The notes beneath the pieces are model-generated. The model had not been told where the DNA came from, did not search any database, and saw only the letters and a program-made list of their open reading frames with translations. The translations under genes and the position numbers were made by a program. 64,000 bases of DNA, from the NCBI RefSeq assembly GCF_016717175.1, contig NZ_JADKFZ010000003.1, one strand, 5' to 3'. This stretch comes from Nannocystis sp. GTDB lineage: Bacteria; Myxococcota_A; Polyangia; Nannocystales; Nannocystaceae. Numbering within the stretch: the first letter of the stretch is position 1; each line of letters starts with the position of its first letter. Below, in pieces: positions 36,973-47,483 of this stretch.

Positions 36973-37869
36973 CTAGGCGCGGCGGCGGCGGAGGCCGAGG
37001 ACGCCGAGGAGGGCGAGCGCGGCGAGGCCGGGGCGGGCCGGGGCGGCGCTGTCACAGGCGCAGCCGCCCTTGTCGTCCGCGCCGCTGGGTCGGTCGGTGG
37101 CGGTGGCGGTGGTGTTGTTGCCGCCGCTGGTCGAGGCGGGGCCGCCCTCGGTGGGGGCCGAGGTGGTGGTGGCGGTGTCGCTGCCGGTGCCGCCGCCGGT
37201 GCCGCCGGTGCCCGGGTCGGTGGTGGCCGGGGTGCCGCTGGTGGAGCCGGGCTCGCCGCTGGTGGAGCCGGGGGCGGTGCTGGTCTCGGGGGGCGCGGTG
37301 GTGGTCTCCGGAGTGCCGGTGGAGCCGAGCTCACCGGTGGAGCCGGGGTCGCCGGTGCCCGAGGTGGTGCCCGGCGGCGGATCGTCGGGCGGCGGGTTCT
37401 CGACCTGCCAGGCCTTGATCGCGGCGCAGGGGGAGAAGCCCTGGACCACGCCGAGCGCGATCGGGTAGGCGTCGGGCTTCTGCTCGGGGTCCATCGCGGG
37501 GCGCACCGTGCCGTTGTTGAGCTGGCTGTTGTCACCCCAGCCGCGGCAAATGTCGTCGCTGCCGACGGCCTTCTGCAGCTCGGTCCATTGCATGAGGCAC
37601 ATCGGCTGCTCCTTGGGCATCGCGCAGTTGTAGAGCATGTAGCCGTACTGCGGGACCGAGTAGCCGGGGTAGTCGGGGAAGTCGGGCTTCTGGTTGGCGA
37701 CCATGAACACGCCGTCGATGCGGACGACCGGGACCTTCATGTTGGGATCGAAGGTGACCTTGTCGAGGCGGCCCCACACGCCGGCGGGGGAGCTGGCGTG
37801 GGCGACGGAGGCGAGGCCGAGGGTGGTGAGGACAGCGGCAAGGAGGGGGACACGGCGCAGGTAAGTCAT
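36973..37869 (-). CDS. secreted protein with MYXO-CTERM sorting domain
   Basis: Signal peptide, Thr/Gly/Ser-rich linker, and C-terminal GGCACDSAAPARPGLAALALLGVLGLRRRRA. Confidence 0.7.
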   Translation of the reverse strand: MTYLRRVPLLAAVLTTLGLASVAHASSPAGVWGRLDKVTFDPNMKVPVVRIDGVFMVANQKPDFPDYPGYSVPQYGYMLYNCAMPKEQPMCLMQWTELQKAVGSDDICRGWGDNSQLNNGTVRPAMDPEQKPDAYPIALGVVQGFSPCAAIKAWQVENPPPDDPPPGTTSGTGDPGSTGELGSTGTPETTTAPPETSTAPGSTSGEPGSTSGTPATTDPGTGGTGGGTGSDTATTTSAPTEGGPASTSGGNNTTATATDRPSGADDKGGCACDSAAPARPGLAALALLGVLGLRRRRA

Positions 37870-38067
37870 GGACAGCTCCAATGCGGCGAAGGGAGGGCCG
37901 GCAGCCGACCGTATCACAGCGGCGCGGACCGCGACCGTCGGCGTCGATCGGGCGTCTCTAGCCCTGTGGCAAGGCGCTGGCCTGAGCGTCGCGGAGAACG
38001 CGCTGCGGGCTGTGGCTAGCTGTGGCTAGCCCCCGGCGGCGCCGCTTGTGATAAGGAGGCGAACCCC

Positions 38068-39417
38068 ATGCGCACCCCGGAGGCTCTGGAGACGCTCGTC
38101 GAGTACGGCATCGTCGAGGAGGTGCTGCGCCCGCTGATGAGCGGCAAAGAGGCGCAGATCTTCCTCGTGCGATCGGCCGGCGAGCTGCGCGTGGCGAAGA
38201 TCTACAAGGACGCGGAGCAGCGGTCGTTTCGCCAGCGCAGCGACTACACCGAGGGCCGCACGACCCGCAACACGCGCGACCGCCGGGCGATGGCCAAGCA
38301 CTCGCGGCACGGCAAGGCCCAGGACGAGGCGGCCTGGCGATCGGCGGAGGTCAACGCGATCTATCGCCTCAGCGAGGCGGGCGTGCGCGTGCCGGTGCCG
38401 TACCACTTCATCGATGGCGTGCTGGTGATGGAGCTGGTCCGCGACCACGAGGGCCAGCCGGCGCCGCGCCTGGGCGACCTGGTGTACGCGCCCGCGGTGG
38501 CCCAGCAGATCTTCGACATCCTGCTCGCTGCGGTGGTGCGGATGCTCTGCGCCGGGGTCGTGCACGGCGATCTGTCCGAGTTCAATGTGCTGATGGCCGC
38601 GGACGGGCCGGTGGTGATCGACTTCCCGCAGGCGGTCGACCCGGCGAGCAACCTGAGCGCGCGCAAGCTGCTCATCCGCGACGTCGATAATCTCCACACT
38701 TTCCTCGGCCGACACTTTCGCGGCTACCGCCCGCTGCCCTACGCGCAGGAGATGTGGGAGCTGTATCAGCAGAACCTGCTGACCCCGGAGACGCGCCTGC
38801 GCGGGCGGGTGTCGGCGTCGCAGCGGCCGACGAATACGTCGGAGGTGCTGGCGCTGATCGGCGACGCGGAGCGCGAGCAACGGCGGCGCACCGGTGCGGC
38901 GCCGCAGGGGGGGGCGCAGCGGGGGTCGCCCTCGGGGCCGCGCGGGTCGCAGGGATCGCAGGGTCAGCAGGGTTCGCGGGGTCCGCAGGGATCGCGGGCA
39001 TCGCAGGCTCCGCGGGCATCGCAGGCTCCGCGACAGCAGCCAGATCGTGGTGGGCCGCGCGGGCCGAAGGTCGAGGTGGTGGTGAAGCGCGGCGGGAGCT
39101 CGCAGCAGGACGCTCGACGCGACGAGGCCGCGAGGCCGGCGCAGGAGCCGCGGCGTGACGGGGCTGCGGCGCCGGCTCGCCAGGAGCCGCGACGCGACGG
39201 GGCTGCGGCGCCGGCTCGCCAGGAGCCGCGACGCGACGGGGCTGCGGCGCCGGCTCGGCAGGACGCGCGGGCCGGGGTGCGTGAGGCGAAGGCGCCAGTA
39301 CAGGATGCCCAGGGCACGGCGGCGGCGCAGGACCCCAGCGCGGACGAGGGCGCGTCGCGACGGCGGCGACGTCGGCGCTCGCGCGGATCGGCGGCCAGCG
39401 ACGCGCCGGGGGCCTGA
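38068..39417 (+). CDS. RIO1-family serine protein kinase with Arg/Gln-rich repetitive tail
   Basis: VHGDLSEFNVL catalytic loop, IDFPQAV metal-binding region, and C-terminal 39-bp x3 repeats. Confidence 0.7.
   Translation: MRTPEALETLVEYGIVEEVLRPLMSGKEAQIFLVRSAGELRVAKIYKDAEQRSFRQRSDYTEGRTTRNTRDRRAMAKHSRHGKAQDEAAWRSAEVNAIYRLSEAGVRVPVPYHFIDGVLVMELVRDHEGQPAPRLGDLVYAPAVAQQIFDILLAAVVRMLCAGVVHGDLSEFNVLMAADGPVVIDFPQAVDPASNLSARKLLIRDVDNLHTFLGRHFRGYRPLPYAQEMWELYQQNLLTPETRLRGRVSASQRPTNTSEVLALIGDAEREQRRRTGAAPQGGAQRGSPSGPRGSQGSQGQQGSRGPQGSRASQAPRASQAPRQQPDRGGPRGPKVEVVVKRGGSSQQDARRDEAARPAQEPRRDGAAAPARQEPRRDGAAAPARQEPRRDGAAAPARQDARAGVREAKAPVQDAQGTAAAQDPSADEGASRRRRRRRSRGSAASDAPGA
39150..39270 (+). repeat. 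39-bp tandem repeat x3 (DGAAAPARQEPRR)
   Basis: gacggggctgcggcgccggctcgccaggagccgcgacgc x3. Confidence 0.8.
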
Positions 39418-39471
39418 GGGCGAGGACGAGGGAGCCACCGCTCGTGGTGCCCACTGGGGTACACTGGCCCA

Positions 39472-40386
39472 ATGACACCGCTCCGATGGCGATGCGCATG
39501 TCAGCTCGGAGTGGGCGTTGCGCTCGCGGTGACGTCGGGTTGCGGACCCGTCCAGCCGCTCGCCGAGACCAGCGCCACGGTGGCGGCCGGTACCAGCGAT
39601 ACGAGCAATGGCAGCACCACGAGCGGGACGCCGCCGACTGGCAGCACGACCAGCACGACCAGCACGACCAGCACCGATACCAGCGGCATCGACGACGGCA
39701 CGTTCATCGTCAAGTCGGACTTCCAGGGTCCCGAGATGGAGTGCGATATCTACGCGCAGGACTGTCCCGCGGGCCAGAAGTGCGCCTGGTGGGGCGTGGG
39801 CACCTGGGACGCGACAAAGTGCGTCGAGGTGACGGGTGACAAGGTGCCGGGCGAGGCGTGCACGCCCGTCGGTGGACCGACCAGCGGCATCGACGATTGC
39901 GTCGCCGGCGCGTGGTGCTGGAATGTCGACAGCATGAATATCGGCACCTGCGTGGCATTGTGCACGGGTAGCGAGGAGGCCTTGACCTGCCCGCCTGGCT
40001 TTGTCTGTCTGACCTCGCGGCTCATCGCCATCTGCTATGAGACCTGCGATCCGCTGTTGCAGGACTGCGAGCGAGACGACGCGCTCTGTCTCCCCGATGG
40101 CTTCGAGGGGTTCGCGTATTGCTCCCGCGACGGGGGCGGGCTCGCGGGGGTGGCCAACGATCCTTGCAAGGGTCTCGACGACTGCGCGCCTGGCTACGCT
40201 TGCCGCCCGAGCGCCGAGGCGCCCAAGGCGTGCCTCCAGGACTTCTACGGCTGCTGCCAGCCCTTCTGCGAGTTCCCGGGCGGCGATTGTCCGAACCCCG
40301 ATCAGCAGTGTCGACAGTGGTACGACCCGATGAACGAGCTGCCGGCGGGGGCCGAGAAGCTCGGTGTCTGCGCCATCCCGGCGTGA
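39472..40386 (+). CDS. Cys-rich lipoprotein, unknown function
   Basis: Lipobox VTSGC, a Ser/Thr-rich linker, and about 30 Cys. Confidence 0.6.
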   Translation: MTPLRWRCACQLGVGVALAVTSGCGPVQPLAETSATVAAGTSDTSNGSTTSGTPPTGSTTSTTSTTSTDTSGIDDGTFIVKSDFQGPEMECDIYAQDCPAGQKCAWWGVGTWDATKCVEVTGDKVPGEACTPVGGPTSGIDDCVAGAWCWNVDSMNIGTCVALCTGSEEALTCPPGFVCLTSRLIAICYETCDPLLQDCERDDALCLPDGFEGFAYCSRDGGGLAGVANDPCKGLDDCAPGYACRPSAEAPKACLQDFYGCCQPFCEFPGGDCPNPDQQCRQWYDPMNELPAGAEKLGVCAIPA

Positions 40387-40467
40387 CTCGGCGGCGAGGC
40401 GGCGAGCGAAGCGAGCCTGGCCCGAAGGCCAGGCTCGCTGGTTGGCTGTCCCGGGGGACAGGTGAGC

Positions 40468-42210
40468 TCAGCGCTGGGGCAGGCGCGGGAAGCCGCCGTC
40501 GCCCTGGCCGGGGGTCTTGGCCGGGGGTGGCGCGGCCTGGTCGACGCTGCGGCGGACGATGTCGCCGGCGACGTCGCGGCCGCCGAGGCCGAAGGCGAGG
40601 GCCATGGCCAGGCACAGGCCGCCGAACAGCAGGCCGAAGGCGAGCAGGACGAACTCGGGGGCCACGTCGAGCTGATGGACGGCCATGGTGAAGGCGAAGA
40701 CCAGCACGGCGTAGCGGGCGAACTCGCCGAGCCAGCGGCTCTGGGTCTCGCCGGGGGCGGCGCTGCGGGCCCGCACGAGCTCGCGGACGTAGTTGCCGAT
40801 CGCCACGCCGACGCCGACGATCGCGACCGCGACGAGCACGTGCTTGAGCAGGTAGCCGAGGAAGCCGTTGAGGTAGTGCGACCAGGTGTCGAGCTCGAGG
40901 TTGTCGCAGGCCTGGGCGGTGGCGAGGAGGATCACGGCGAGCTGGACCAGGAAACCGACCAGCTCGCTCGGGCGCTCGAGGTTGTCGGCGCGCGGGCTGA
41001 GGGCGGGGAAGCCGAGGCGGGCGGCGAGGTCGTCGAAGCCGAGGTTCTTGAGGGTGGCCGCGGCGGCGCCGCGCAGCAGGCGGCCGATGAACACGCCGGC
41101 GAACACCACCAGGGCGGACACGGCGAGGTTCGGGAGGAGCAGCCAGAAGCGGGCCATCATCGCGGTGAGCGGGCCGCTGAGGGTGACGAGGCCGAGCTCG
41201 TTGAGCGCGGCGACGCTGGTCTGGAACACGATGAAGGCCATGGCGAGCAGGCCGACGACGGCGCTCGGGCGGGTGTGGCCGAACAGCTTGCCGAGGCCGA
41301 GGCGGTCGACGAGGCGGTTGAAGCCGAGGCTGTCGAGGAGGTTGTGGAGGACGACGCGGACGACGCGGCCGAGGACGTAGCCGGCGAGCACGAGCAGGGC
41401 GGCGAAGCCGAGCGAGGGGACGACGGCGATGACGCGGTCGAGGGCGTTGTGCAGCGGCTCGGAGATCGGGGTGATGTGGAGGGCATCGAAGGCGCCAGCG
41501 AGGCCGGCGACCATGACGAGCCAGAACACGATGTCGCCGGCGGCGCGCGAGAAGGGCTTGGCGTCGGCGGCGGGGGCGTCGGCGGCGGGCTGGTCGGGGC
41601 TGCTGAGCTCGGCGAAGCGGGCGTCGAGGCGCAGGCCGGAGATCGCGGCGCCGACGAGGCGGCTGAGGATGAGGCCGGCGAAGTAGGCGATGACGACGAT
41701 CAGCGCGGCCTTGCCGACCAGCGGGAGGGCCTGGATCACGGTGTCGACGAGGCCCTGGATCGGACCGGCGGCCTGGCTGAGGCCGGCGAACTGCAGCACG
41801 CCGACGACGACGAGCAGCATCAACATGTAATAGACGACGCGGGCGATGGCCCGCTCGAGCGCGTTGGGCTGGCTCGGCTTGCCGGCGGGCTGGCCGTCGC
41901 TGAGCACGCCGAGGTGCAGCTTGGCGGCCAGCTTGTTGTCGAGGCTGGTGCGACACAGGCCGCGGTACACGGCGAAGGAGATGAGCTTGGCGACCAGCCA
42001 GCCGCCGAGGAAGAGCAGCAGCGAGAGCAGCACCTGCTTGCCGACGACGAGCGCGTCGCTCGAGAGCAGGTCCTGGACGGAGTCCCACCAGGTCGGCCCG
42101 CTCGGCGCGCCGGGGCGAGGTACGGGCGCCGGGGTGGCGGCGTGGGCGAGGCCCGAGGTCCATGCGGACGCTCCGAGCAGCAGGGTCAGGACACATCGTT
42201 GCAGCTTCAC
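40468..42210 (-). CDS. mechanosensitive ion channel-family / conserved-TM-helix-repeat membrane protein
   Basis: Signal peptide followed by many TM helices. The weak MscS-like assignment rests only on TM-repeat organisation. Confidence 0.5.
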   Translation of the reverse strand: MKLQRCVLTLLLGASAWTSGLAHAATPAPVPRPGAPSGPTWWDSVQDLLSSDALVVGKQVLLSLLLFLGGWLVAKLISFAVYRGLCRTSLDNKLAAKLHLGVLSDGQPAGKPSQPNALERAIARVVYYMLMLLVVVGVLQFAGLSQAAGPIQGLVDTVIQALPLVGKAALIVVIAYFAGLILSRLVGAAISGLRLDARFAELSSPDQPAADAPAADAKPFSRAAGDIVFWLVMVAGLAGAFDALHITPISEPLHNALDRVIAVVPSLGFAALLVLAGYVLGRVVRVVLHNLLDSLGFNRLVDRLGLGKLFGHTRPSAVVGLLAMAFIVFQTSVAALNELGLVTLSGPLTAMMARFWLLLPNLAVSALVVFAGVFIGRLLRGAAAATLKNLGFDDLAARLGFPALSPRADNLERPSELVGFLVQLAVILLATAQACDNLELDTWSHYLNGFLGYLLKHVLVAVAIVGVGVAIGNYVRELVRARSAAPGETQSRWLGEFARYAVLVFAFTMAVHQLDVAPEFVLLAFGLLFGGLCLAMALAFGLGGRDVAGDIVRRSVDQAAPPPAKTPGQGDGGFPRLPQR

Positions 42211-42408
42211 GGCAGATCCTCCGAAGATTGGCGCCGCATACGGCGGCGAGGCCGTTACGATCGTTCACCGGCGGCCGCGTTGACAAGCCGCGGCATAGTG
42301 TTCCGTGACGGGCGAAGCTCGGCGGGCGCGCGAGAATGGCGATCACATGGCCCAAAGGACAGTCGCCGCTTGTCGCCGCGTGGGGCGGTCGTGCGCGCTC
42401 GCGGACTC

Positions 42409-45400
42409 TCAGGGCCCCGGGAGCGGGTGCTCGCGCAGCCACTGCTGGACCTCGGCGAGCGCCGCGAGGGCGCCGGCGCGGCGGTGGGCGTCGGCAGCGG
42501 TGCGGGCGAGGACGTGGGCGCGCGGGCGGTCGCGCTTGCTGTCCCAAAGGACACGCGCGTGTTGGAGGTCGAGCGAGGCGAGCAGGCTCGGCAGCTGCTC
42601 GCGGGTCGCGAGGACGCGGGCGCGATCGAGGTCGGCGAGCGCCGCGTCGTACTGGCCGATGCCGTTGTGGGCGGCGGCGAGGACCAGCAGGGGCTCGATC
42701 AGCCAGCGAGCGTCGGGGCCGTGGTCCTTCTCGATGGTGGCGACGAGGGCCTGCAGCTGCGGCTGCGCGGCCGCGGCCTCGCCGGCCTCGACGCGCTGTT
42801 GCAGCAGCAACATCTCGGCCATCAGGGCGTAGAGGTGGGTCGCGCCGAAGGCGGCGGCGGCGGTGGTCCGGGCGCGCTCGGCGAGGACGCGGGCGGTGGC
42901 GAGGTCGTGCTCGGCGGTCGCGATCTGGGCGCGGGTGAGGAGGGCGAGGGTGAGGCCGCCGGGGTCGGGGTCGGGGCGGCTGTCCCAGGCCCGCACGGCG
43001 CGCTCGGCCAGCGCCCGCGCGGGGGCCAGCGAGCCCTCGATGAGCAGCACGTTGGCGAGGCGCTCATGCATGATGATCACCGAGGGGTAGTCGGCGCCGA
43101 AGTGCAGCTCCCAGACGATGCGGGCCTCGTCGTAGTAGCGGCGGGCCTCGTCGTAGGCGCCGCGCTGGAGCGCGAGGTCGCCGAGCGCGGCGAGCGGGAA
43201 GGCCAGGCGATCGTGGCGCGGCGGCAGGCTGGCGCGCCAGATCTGGAGGGCTCGACGCTGGGCGGCCTCGGCCGCGGCGTTGTCGCCGAGCAGGGCGTAG
43301 GTGCCGCCGAGGTTGGTGAGCACGTTGGCGATGCTGGGGTGGCCGGGCCCGAGCGAGGCGCTGCGCATGGCGAGCGCGCGCTGAGACAGGGCGATGGCCT
43401 CGTCGAATTGACCGACGGTGCCGAGGAGGCTGGCGAGGTTGCCGATCGCAGCGGCGAGGGCGTCGGTGTCGGGGACGGGGGCGGCCTCGTGGGCCGCGAT
43501 GGCGGCGCGGTAGGCCGCCTCGGCGCCGGCATAGTCGCCGCTGCGCGCCGCGATGCCGCCGCGGGCGGCGTGCAGGCGGGCCTCGGTCTCGGGGCTGCGA
43601 CCGACGCGGTCGAGCAGGGCGTCCGCGTGGCGGAGCCAGCGGAGGCCGACCTCGGGGTGGGCGAGGCGATCGCCGGTGAGGTTGGCGAGGTTGAGGGCGG
43701 ACTCGAGGGCGAGCTCGTCGCGGCCGAGGGCGAGGGCGTCGAAGTAGGCGGCCTCGAGGTCGCGCTCGCCGGGGCCGTGCTCGGCGAGCTCGACCTCGAT
43801 GACGCCGAGGCTCTGCTCGGCGAGGGCGCGGAGGTGGCGGTCGTCCTGGCGGACGGCGACGGCGAGGACCTCCTGCGCGAGCGTGCGGGCGGCGGCGAAT
43901 CTCCCGGCGCTGGACTGGGCGCCAGCGGCGGCGAGGCGGCGGCGGGCCTCGGCGACGGCGAGGGCCAGCGCAGGATCGGCGGGAAGGGCCTCGGCGCGCT
44001 CGAGGGCCTCGAGGTCGGCGCAGGCCTCGACGGCCGGGAGGGCGCGGACCGCCGCGACGGCGTGCTCGACGACGTCGGCGTCGGCGGCCGCGAACACGGC
44101 GAGCACGGCGAGCAGCTCGTCGCGGCGCTGCTGCAGGCAGAGCATGCGGCGGTCCATGAGCGCGGGCGACTGGGTGCGGCGGACGTTGGCGGCGAGGCAG
44201 GCGTCGGTGTGAACGGCGAGCCAGCGGGTGCGGTAGTCGTCCAGGTGCTCGGCGACGCGGTCGGCGGTGTCGGCCGCGTAGGCGAGCTTGGTGGTAGCGA
44301 AGGCGCGGTCGATCTCGGCGCGCGGGGCCTCGCCCCAGGCCTCGGCGAAGGCGGCGGGCGCCCCGGTGCACACGTCGGCGCGGGCGGCCGCGTAGGCGCC
44401 GAGGCCAGCGCCCAGCATCGCGACCGCGAGGACCGCGGCGGCGATGCGTCCGCGGCGGCGACGGAGCAGGCGCTCGAGCTCGGCGAGCAGGGCCGGGAGC
44501 GAGGGCCAGCGCTCCTTCGGCGCGGCCGCGAGTCCGCGCAGCACCAGGCGGTGCAGGCCCTTGGGCAAGCGGACGGGGCGACGCGGCGGATCGATCGCGC
44601 CGCCGAGCTTGGCCATCTCGAGGGCGTAGATGTTCTCGCCGGAGAAGGGCCGGTTGCCGAACAGGCCCTCGTAGAGCGCGACGCAGAAGCTGAATTGATC
44701 GGAGCGCTCGTCGACCTCCTCGCCGCCGCGCTGCTCGGGGGCCATGTACGCGGGCGTGCCGATGAAGGCGCCGTACTGGGTGAGCGGGCTGGACAGGGTG
44801 GAGGAGAAGGTCTCGTGCAGGCTCTCGCTGCTGAGCTCGCGCTGCTGCGAGGGCACCGCGCCGGCCGAGCGCGCGAGGCCGAAGTCGAAGACGTGCACGC
44901 TGCCGTCGCTGCGCACGAGCACGTTGCTGGGCTTGAAGTCGCGGTGGATCACGCCGACCGCGTGGGCGGCGACCAGGCCGTGGCCGGCGGCGAGGAAGGT
45001 CTCCACGACCTCACGCCACGAGCGTGGTCGTTCCTCGAGCCAGCGGGCGAGGGTGACGCCCTCGATGTACTCCATCACCAGGAACACGCCCTGGCCGGTG
45101 TCGTCGCGGTGGCCCTGACCGTAGAGGGCGCCGGCGTCGTAGGTGCCGACGTCGTAGACGGCGACGACGTTGGGGTGCGAGAGCTTGGCCAGCGCCTGGG
45201 CCTCGCGGTGCAGCCGGGCGTGGGCCTCGGCGGCGGGCTCCTGATCGTCGCCGCCAGGGCGCAGCAGCTTGATCGCGACCTTGCGATCGAGGCTGGGATC
45301 GTAGGCGAGGTAGACCAGGCCCATGCCGCCGGCGCCGAGCCGTGAGAGCAGGCGGTAGCGCGAGATGACCAGGTCGCGCTCCCGCGGGCTGAGGCTCGAG

Positions 45401-45552
45401 CGGTCGAGCTCGGGGGGCAGCTCGCGCTCCAGGGAGAGGCCGGCGCGGCTGCCCGAGAGGACCGAGGGTGGGGCGGCGGTCGCGAGCAGGCTGCCGGCGA
45501 CGGTGGCGTCGCTGCCGATGTCGAACTTCGGCGGCTTCGGTGCGTCGCTCAC
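42409..45552 (-). CDS. Ser/Thr protein kinase with long TPR-repeat C-terminus
   Basis: Kinase motifs GAGGMGLVY, AIK, HRDFKPSNVLV and DFGLAR. Roughly 700 aa of TPR-like repeats. Confidence 0.85.
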   Translation of the reverse strand: MSDAPKPPKFDIGSDATVAGSLLATAAPPSVLSGSRAGLSLERELPPELDRSSLSPRERDLVISRYRLLSRLGAGGMGLVYLAYDPSLDRKVAIKLLRPGGDDQEPAAEAHARLHREAQALAKLSHPNVVAVYDVGTYDAGALYGQGHRDDTGQGVFLVMEYIEGVTLARWLEERPRSWREVVETFLAAGHGLVAAHAVGVIHRDFKPSNVLVRSDGSVHVFDFGLARSAGAVPSQQRELSSESLHETFSSTLSSPLTQYGAFIGTPAYMAPEQRGGEEVDERSDQFSFCVALYEGLFGNRPFSGENIYALEMAKLGGAIDPPRRPVRLPKGLHRLVLRGLAAAPKERWPSLPALLAELERLLRRRRGRIAAAVLAVAMLGAGLGAYAAARADVCTGAPAAFAEAWGEAPRAEIDRAFATTKLAYAADTADRVAEHLDDYRTRWLAVHTDACLAANVRRTQSPALMDRRMLCLQQRRDELLAVLAVFAAADADVVEHAVAAVRALPAVEACADLEALERAEALPADPALALAVAEARRRLAAAGAQSSAGRFAAARTLAQEVLAVAVRQDDRHLRALAEQSLGVIEVELAEHGPGERDLEAAYFDALALGRDELALESALNLANLTGDRLAHPEVGLRWLRHADALLDRVGRSPETEARLHAARGGIAARSGDYAGAEAAYRAAIAAHEAAPVPDTDALAAAIGNLASLLGTVGQFDEAIALSQRALAMRSASLGPGHPSIANVLTNLGGTYALLGDNAAAEAAQRRALQIWRASLPPRHDRLAFPLAALGDLALQRGAYDEARRYYDEARIVWELHFGADYPSVIIMHERLANVLLIEGSLAPARALAERAVRAWDSRPDPDPGGLTLALLTRAQIATAEHDLATARVLAERARTTAAAAFGATHLYALMAEMLLLQQRVEAGEAAAAQPQLQALVATIEKDHGPDARWLIEPLLVLAAAHNGIGQYDAALADLDRARVLATREQLPSLLASLDLQHARVLWDSKRDRPRAHVLARTAADAHRRAGALAALAEVQQWLREHPLPGP

Positions 45553-45662
45553 GCGGCCAGGTTAACAAAGACCACGCCGCCCCGTGGATGCGCGGATCGG
45601 CGAGGCGATGGCGGGCGTCGCCGCTGGAGGAACACAAGCGCGCGAGATAGGATGCGCCGGTC

Positions 45663-46661
45663 ATGCGCGTCGTCGTCACCGGTGCCACGGGCCACGTCGG
45701 ATCCAACCTCGTTCGGGCGCTGCTCCGCCGGGGAGACGAGGTGCGGGTGATGGTCCGCGGCCAGCAGCGCTCGCTCGAGGGCCTCGAGGTCGAGCGCGTG
45801 ACCGGCGACGTGCGCGACGCGGACTCGCTGCGCGCCGCGTTCGCGGGGGCGGAGATCGTCTACCACCTGGCGGCGGTCATCTCGATCACCGGTGACCCGA
45901 GCGGGATGGTCCGCGCGGTCAACGTCGACGGCACGCGCCGCGTCGCCGAGGCGGCCCTGGCGGCGGGCGTGCGCCGCCTGGTCCACTGCAGCTCGGTGCA
46001 CGCCTTCGACCTGTATCAGGCGGGTCGCGCGGACGGCGAGGCGATCGACGAGACCTGGGCCCGCGTGCCGGACGCGGCGAGCCACTTCGCCTACGACCGA
46101 TCGAAGGCGGCCGGCGAGCGGGCGCTCCGCGAGGTGGTCGCCCGCGGTCTCGACGCGGTGATCGTGCACCCGTCGGGGATCGTCGGGCCCTACGACTTCG
46201 GGCCGTCGCGCATGGGTCGGGTGCTGCTCGGGCTCTACCACCGCAGGCTGCCGAGCCTGGTCGACGGCGGCTTCGACTTCGTCGACGTGCGGGACGTGGT
46301 CGCCGCGTTGATGGCGGCGGAGGAGCAGGGGCGGACCGGCGAGAGCTACCTGGCGACCGGGCACTTCCTCGGCGTGCCGGAGCTGGCCCGCATGGCCGAG
46401 CAGATCACCGGCGTGCGGCCGCCGCGGCTGAACGCGCCGATCTGGCTGTGCCGCGTGGGCGTGCCCTTCGCCGCGGCCTACGGGCGCGTGCGCCGGCAGG
46501 AGCCGCTCTACACCCACGAGTCGCTGGCGGTGCTCGAGACCAAGGGGCGCTTCAGCTGGGCGAAGGCGCAGCGCGAGCTCGGCTATTCGCCGCGCGCGAT
46601 GACGGAGACCCTGCGCGACACCTACGCGTGGTTCGACGCGGCCGGGATCCTGCGGCGCTGA
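45663..46661 (+). CDS. NAD-dependent epimerase/dehydratase (HpnA-like extended SDR)
   Basis: VVTGATGHVGSNLVRALL motif and catalytic YDRSK. Confidence 0.75.
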   Translation: MRVVVTGATGHVGSNLVRALLRRGDEVRVMVRGQQRSLEGLEVERVTGDVRDADSLRAAFAGAEIVYHLAAVISITGDPSGMVRAVNVDGTRRVAEAALAAGVRRLVHCSSVHAFDLYQAGRADGEAIDETWARVPDAASHFAYDRSKAAGERALREVVARGLDAVIVHPSGIVGPYDFGPSRMGRVLLGLYHRRLPSLVDGGFDFVDVRDVVAALMAAEEQGRTGESYLATGHFLGVPELARMAEQITGVRPPRLNAPIWLCRVGVPFAAAYGRVRRQEPLYTHESLAVLETKGRFSWAKAQRELGYSPRAMTETLRDTYAWFDAAGILRR

Positions 46662-46715
46662 TCGGGGCGTGGCCGAGGGCTTGTCGTCCGGGTGGGCGGC
46701 GGCGACAATCGCGGG

Positions 46716-47483
46716 ATGCGGATCGTCGGCGTGGCGCTGTTGTTGTTGGTGGCATGCACGGATCGAAAACAGGCGGATACGGACGCGGAGGGCACGGAGA
46801 CGGGCGACACGGGCGACACGGGCGACACGGGCGGCTCGACGCCCACGACCGGCGAGCTCGAGAATCCGTCGGGCTTCTGTTCGCCGGCCGTGGCGGCGCC
46901 CGGGGCTTGCCCGCAGAACTATCAGTGCTGCTCGGACGACCCGGCGACGACGCTGGGGCGGCTGCCCAATTACTTCACCGGCAAGGTCGACGACAAGTAC
47001 GGGGTGCCGATCTTCTCGGGGGTCAACAATGTGCTCAGTTACTCGGGGCAGTGCGTCGACAATGGCGGCAACCCGTCGCCGTTTAGTAACGGCTGCCCGG
47101 TGCCCTGCAACCCGACCTGGTCTGACGCGCAGAAGGCCGAGATCTGCGGCGTGGGCTCGGCGTGTTGCGCGTTCCAGACGGTCGATCCGGTCAAGGATTG
47201 TGTGCTCGATCCGAACACCGGGCGCTGGCGCTCGGCGCGGGGCAGCGACATCCCCAATCTCAGCACCTGGGGCCAGGCGCACACGACGAATCAGGACCCG
47301 CAGGGGGCGTCGTGCCTGATCTTCGCCACGGGCGGCGGCGGCATCCTCGACATGGAGGCGCTCAAGGACTGTTATATGCAGCTCACCGTCGCCGATCAGC
47401 GCGGGTTCTGTTATGTGGGCTGCGATTGCACCGAGGATCTGTGCGACATGAAGAATCCGGACTGGACGCCGCGCTGCGGGTGA
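46716..47483 (+). CDS. Cys-rich lipoprotein, unknown function
   Basis: Lipobox LLVAC, (TGD)n repeats, and many Cys. Confidence 0.6.
   Translation: MRIVGVALLLLVACTDRKQADTDAEGTETGDTGDTGDTGGSTPTTGELENPSGFCSPAVAAPGACPQNYQCCSDDPATTLGRLPNYFTGKVDDKYGVPIFSGVNNVLSYSGQCVDNGGNPSPFSNGCPVPCNPTWSDAQKAEICGVGSACCAFQTVDPVKDCVLDPNTGRWRSARGSDIPNLSTWGQAHTTNQDPQGASCLIFATGGGGILDMEALKDCYMQLTVADQRGFCYVGCDCTEDLCDMKNPDWTPRCG

Noticed and set aside
40462-45345. 1627-aa plus-strand ORF
   Set aside because: Antisense of the MscS-like and Ser/Thr-kinase genes. Extreme Gly/Ala/Glu/Arg bias typical of GC-frame noise.
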